Shown in pieces: positions 60,214 through 64,000 of a DNA stretch of 64,000 bases (position 1 is the first letter of the stretch; each line of letters starts with the position of its first letter). Origin of the DNA: an uncultured delta proteobacterium (lineage in GTDB: Bacteria > Myxococcota > Myxococcia > Myxococcales > Anaeromyxobacteraceae); contig CAWFDF010000004.1 in NCBI GenBank assembly GCA_963814585.1, forward strand, positions 160,001-224,000, written 5' to 3'. Below the pieces are notes generated by a model, which ran no database searches, had not been told where the DNA came from, and worked only from the letters and a program-made list of their open reading frames with translations. The position numbers and the translations under genes are program-made.

Positions 60214-60547
60214 GGACCAGCCCTTCGACGGAGGGGAGGAGGATGGCCGGGACCTGGCCGAGGTGGGCGTTCTCGGCGTGGAGCCACCGGCGGCAGCTCT
60301 CGTGGTCGCCGAGCAGGGCGTCGAGGCTGCGGTACATCCGCAGGAAGAGGATGGCCAGCTGCCCCTCCTTGTCCGCCGGGGCGATGGCCCGGCTCCCGCC
60401 GCCCAGGCGCGAGACCGAGGCGCCGCTGATGCCCAGGATGGCACCGAGCGCGGCGTCGGTCAGGCCGAGCAGGCGGGCGGCCCGCAGCGTCGCCTTGGTC
60501 AGGACGGCGCTCGAGGTGGTGGGGTTGGCGTGGGCGATGGAGCGCAT
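60173..60547 (-). CDS. Xre/MbcA/ParS-type antitoxin (HTH + DUF2384-like)
   Basis: VLTKA.LRAA..LGL, ILGIS.ASVSRL, LFLR.YRSLDAL, WL...N and EGLVRV..YLDAMRG. GGAGGT RBS. Confidence 0.85.
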   Translation of the reverse strand: MRSIAHANPTTSSAVLTKATLRAARLLGLTDAALGAILGISGASVSRLGGGSRAIAPADKEGQLAILFLRMYRSLDALLGDHESCRRWLHAENAHLGQVPAILLPSVEGLVRVTQYLDAMRGKN

Positions 60548-60567
60548 CGGGGCACCTCCCAGCATGC

Positions 60568-60608
60568 TTGCAGCTGAATAGTATGTGCCCGCTCGGTTGC
60601 AGGTGCAA
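60568..60608 (-). promoter_or_regulatory. Sigma70-type promoter of the Xre-RES operon with two operator-like palindromes
   Basis: Minus strand TTGCAC-N17-CATACT. TTGCAGGTGCAA (60597-60608) overlaps the -35, and a related TTGCAGCTGAAT (60568-60579) lies just downstream of the -10. Confidence 0.6.
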
Positions 60609-60631
60609 GTCGGCGTCCCGGGCCGGCCCGG

Positions 60632-61657
60632 TCAGCGCCCCAGCCAGGCCCAGGTGGCGGCCGCCGCCAGGAGCGCCCCGAGCAGCCGCCAGGGCCACGG
60701 GCTCCGGACCGCCGCCAGCTCGGCGCCGGTAAGGGGGATGAGGTCGGCGGTGCCGACCTGCTGGGTGCCGCCCGGGGCGGCGGCCGGCCGCGTCCGCTCC
60801 TCGAGCAGGGCGGTGAGCCGCTTCTCCGGGCGCACCTCGCCGAGCAGCCGGCCGGCGATGGCCTTCAGCTCCCCGGCCAGCATGGCCGAGGTCTCCCAGC
60901 GGCGGTCGGACCGCTGCTCCAGGCAGCGCTCGATGGCCCGCGCCAGCCGGCGTGGGACCGCCGGGGCCAGCTCCCGGACCGGGCGGAGCCGCCCCTTGCG
61001 GATGGCGGCGAAGAGCTCCTGGTAGTCGGGCCCGTCGAAGGGGCGCTTCCCGGTCGCCAGCTCGTAGAGCGTGACGCCCAGCGACCAGAGGTCGCTGCGC
61101 TCGTCCTCGCCGTCGCCGCCCAGCACCTCCGGGGCGATGTAGTAGGGCGTGCCGACCACGGTGCCGGTGCGAGTGAGATCGCTGGCCATCGGATCCTTGA
61201 CGATGCCGAAGTCCATCACCTTGACCGTGCCCTGGCGCGAGATCATCACGTTGCCCGGCTTCAGGTCGCGGTGCAGCAGCGAGTGGGCGTGGATGCACTC
61301 CAGCGCGTCGGCAACCGCCGCCCCGATGGCGGCGACGCAGTCCGGCGGGAGCGGCCCTCCCTGGAGGAGCCGGGAGAGGTCCTCGCCATCGACGAACTCG
61401 GTGACCAGGTAGAGCGCCTCGTCCTTCTCCACGAAGTCGTGGATGGCGATGATGCCGGCGTGGTGGATCTGGGCGTAGGCACGCCCCTCGCGCCGGAAGC
61501 GCTCGGCCAGCTCCTCGGAGCGCGCCGAGGGGGCGTCGAGCTGCTTGACCGCCACCTTCCGGTCGAGCGCCTCCTGGTAGGCCTCGTAGACGACGCTCAT
61601 GCCGCCGCGGCCAATCTCCTTGATCACCCGGGCGGTCCCGACCTTGCGAACGGCCAT
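60632..61657 (-). CDS. Hanks-type Ser/Thr protein kinase with C-terminal TM anchor
   Basis: IGRGGMS.VY, VAVK, HRDLKPGN, DFG, GTPYYIAPE and SDLWSLG motifs, ending in a hydrophobic tail. Confidence 0.92.
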   Translation of the reverse strand: MAVRKVGTARVIKEIGRGGMSVVYEAYQEALDRKVAVKQLDAPSARSEELAERFRREGRAYAQIHHAGIIAIHDFVEKDEALYLVTEFVDGEDLSRLLQGGPLPPDCVAAIGAAVADALECIHAHSLLHRDLKPGNVMISRQGTVKVMDFGIVKDPMASDLTRTGTVVGTPYYIAPEVLGGDGEDERSDLWSLGVTLYELATGKRPFDGPDYQELFAAIRKGRLRPVRELAPAVPRRLARAIERCLEQRSDRRWETSAMLAGELKAIAGRLLGEVRPEKRLTALLEERTRPAAAPGGTQQVGTADLIPLTGAELAAVRSPWPWRLLGALLAAAATWAWLGR

Positions 61658-61755
61658 GGCGGGACTCTCTCCCGGGGCGCGGGGGGAGGACAAGGGGACG
61701 ATGTGGGTGCGGCGAGCCCGGCGCCGGGCGCGGACGCCTGGCGCGGCGGCGGCCG

Positions 61756-63027
61756 TCAGGGGATGAGCGGCTGGCCGCCGGCGGCGGCGAGCCCGGCGGC
61801 CCGCGACACCAGGTGGCCGCCGTCGTTCTCCGGCGTGGTCTGGCAGGAGGCGCCCGCCCCGAAGGCCATGCCGGCCGCGCCGCCCGCGGCCACCCGGTCC
61901 GGGTGGTCGAAGAAGTAGTCGACCTTGTTGTCCCGGTTGGTGCCGTCCCCGGCGGCGTCGCAGGCGTCGGGGAGCGACATGTTCCCCACCGGGACCTGCC
62001 ACCAGAGCACCTTCTTCCCGGCGCGGTCGGCGACGGCGCGCGACCAGGCGAAGGCCTGCGCGAAGGTGGGGAGGGCCGTGTCGGTGGCGTCGAGCCAGCT
62101 GTTGCGCGGCGGGACCTGGCGCTGGTACCAGCCGGCGTCCCGGTCGGAGAGGTCGATGACCACGAGATCGGCGCAGCCGGACCCGGCGGCCAGGAGGAAG
62201 TCGGCGGTCTTCCTCCCCTCGGCGGCGACGTCGAGCGACGCGCTGGAGTTGGAGACGCAGTCGAAGCCGGAGGCCCAGGCCGAGCCGTGGAGCCCGACCA
62301 GCGCGTTGGGGGCGTGGCGGCGGACCATGGCGATCATGCAGCGCCCCAGGCCGGCGATCGACTCCTCCGCGGCGGCGCAGTCGGCCGGGTTGGCGCTGGC
62401 CACCCGGGCCGGCAGCCCGTGGGCGTCGGTGCCGGCGGCGCGCGCGGCGTGCTGGGCGTAGCCCCAGAAGTCGGGCTCGACGTGGACGATGGCCGGGGCG
62501 CTCCCGACCTGCTTCAGGAAGAACCTGAAGTCGTCGAGGTAGGCGGTCATGAAGGAGAGATCGCGCGCCGCCACGGTGGCCTCGGCGGTCCCCTCGCCGA
62601 TGCCGAGCCGCGCCTGGGCCGCCGGGAGGATCAGGTAGTAGGTGAACATGGGCCGGAGCCCGGCGGCGGCGGTGCCGGCGACGAAGTCGCGCACGAACTG
62701 GCCGGGCGGCCGCTGGTCCCACTGCCAGGTGCCCCACCAGGCGCTGCCGCAGCCCACCGCCGTGGCCCGGCCGGGGGCGAGGCAGGCCGGGTCGGGCGCC
62801 AGGACGCCGGCCAGGTACTGGTAGCGCAGGTCGAACCCCTGGCTCCCGACCACGCCGACGTCGCCGGCATAGCCGACGGCGAGCCGGTTCGGCAGCGCCG
62901 GGGCGGAGCCGGTGCAGGCCAGTGGTGCCGCCGGCCCGGCGGGCGCTGGAAGGGGCGCCGTGCCGCCGCCGCAGGCGGCGAGCGCTCCGGAGAGGGCCAG
63001 GATGACGATGGGGTGGAGCCGGCGCAT
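61756..63027 (-). CDS. Lipoprotein, possibly glycoside-hydrolase-like
   Basis: Lipobox LAAC. Aromatic and acidic motifs ([33 protein letters not shown]) suggest a catalytic barrel; family not identified. Confidence 0.6.
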   Translation of the reverse strand: MRRLHPIVILALSGALAACGGGTAPLPAPAGPAAPLACTGSAPALPNRLAVGYAGDVGVVGSQGFDLRYQYLAGVLAPDPACLAPGRATAVGCGSAWWGTWQWDQRPPGQFVRDFVAGTAAAGLRPMFTYYLILPAAQARLGIGEGTAEATVAARDLSFMTAYLDDFRFFLKQVGSAPAIVHVEPDFWGYAQHAARAAGTDAHGLPARVASANPADCAAAEESIAGLGRCMIAMVRRHAPNALVGLHGSAWASGFDCVSNSSASLDVAAEGRKTADFLLAAGSGCADLVVIDLSDRDAGWYQRQVPPRNSWLDATDTALPTFAQAFAWSRAVADRAGKKVLWWQVPVGNMSLPDACDAAGDGTNRDNKVDYFFDHPDRVAAGGAAGMAFGAGASCQTTPENDGGHLVSRAAGLAAAGGQPLIP

Positions 63028-63141
63028 CCCGGGAGCCTATGACGGGACCGCTGGGATATCGACCTGGTGAAGGGGCGCGGCACGCGGGAGGGTGGCCCGA
63101 GGGAGGCGGCGCCCCTCCTTCCCGGCCGGGACTCGCGGGGA

Positions 63142-63170
63142 AGGCCCGCGCCAGGCGGGCCTCTTTCCTT
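63142..63170 (+). terminator. Terminator-like hairpin just upstream of the recA promoter region
   Basis: aggcccgc-gccag-gcgggcct followed by ctttcctt. Confidence 0.45.
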
Positions 63171-63233
63171 GACTCCAGCCCGCCCGTTCAGTATCCATCC
63201 GTTCAGTGGCCTGTCAGAGGGGGCCGGTACAAC
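63169..63233 (+). promoter_or_regulatory. recA promoter region: sigma70-like site with a GTTCAG direct repeat, plus a RecA-NDp-like motif
   Basis: TTGACT-N17-TATCCA, ccGTTCAGt twice (16 nt apart), then TGTCAG-AGGGGGCCGG-TACAAC at 63212-63233. Confidence 0.55.
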
Positions 63234-63290
63234 CCCTCCACACGACGAACGACGGGGACGCGGACGGCGCCCCCTCCAAGGAGATGTGAA

Positions 63291-64000
<710 letters not shown>

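Overview
Very GC-rich bacterial chromosomal window, most consistent with an Anaeromyxobacter-like Myxococcota genome (inferred from gene content and order, not from a search). In order it holds: the 3' part of a PilY1-type pilus adhesin; a pilB-pilT-pilC-pilS-pilR cluster with about 9 small indels (probably assembly errors); ribF; acnA; an S1-domain paralog with a repeat-rich N-terminus; pckG; smpB-panC-panB; a deoxynucleoside kinase; rsmA-tsaD; two DUF4388/TPR-type signalling proteins; a PP2C phosphatase; a hutHCUIG operon; an RND efflux pump; pgi; a dcu-aspA-ansB-DcaP porin-lipoprotein-DASS operon; ppk2; rmuC; an Xre-RES toxin-antitoxin pair; a Ser/Thr kinase; and the 5' part of recA. The most interesting signals are non-coding: (1) a 181-bp MITE-like element with perfect 24-bp terminal inverted repeats that abuts or splits a HutC-like operator; (2) a TGTC(A/C)G-N9/10-TA motif resembling the actinobacterial PafBC (RecA-NDp) promoter, upstream of both recA and rmuC; (3) a 23-bp-period A/B repeat array between panB and an EamA gene; (4) a sigma54 promoter ahead of the Asn/Asp operon; (5) an orphan small gene with a near-consensus promoter and several palindromes. 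No tRNA, rRNA, CRISPR array or transposase was recognised.
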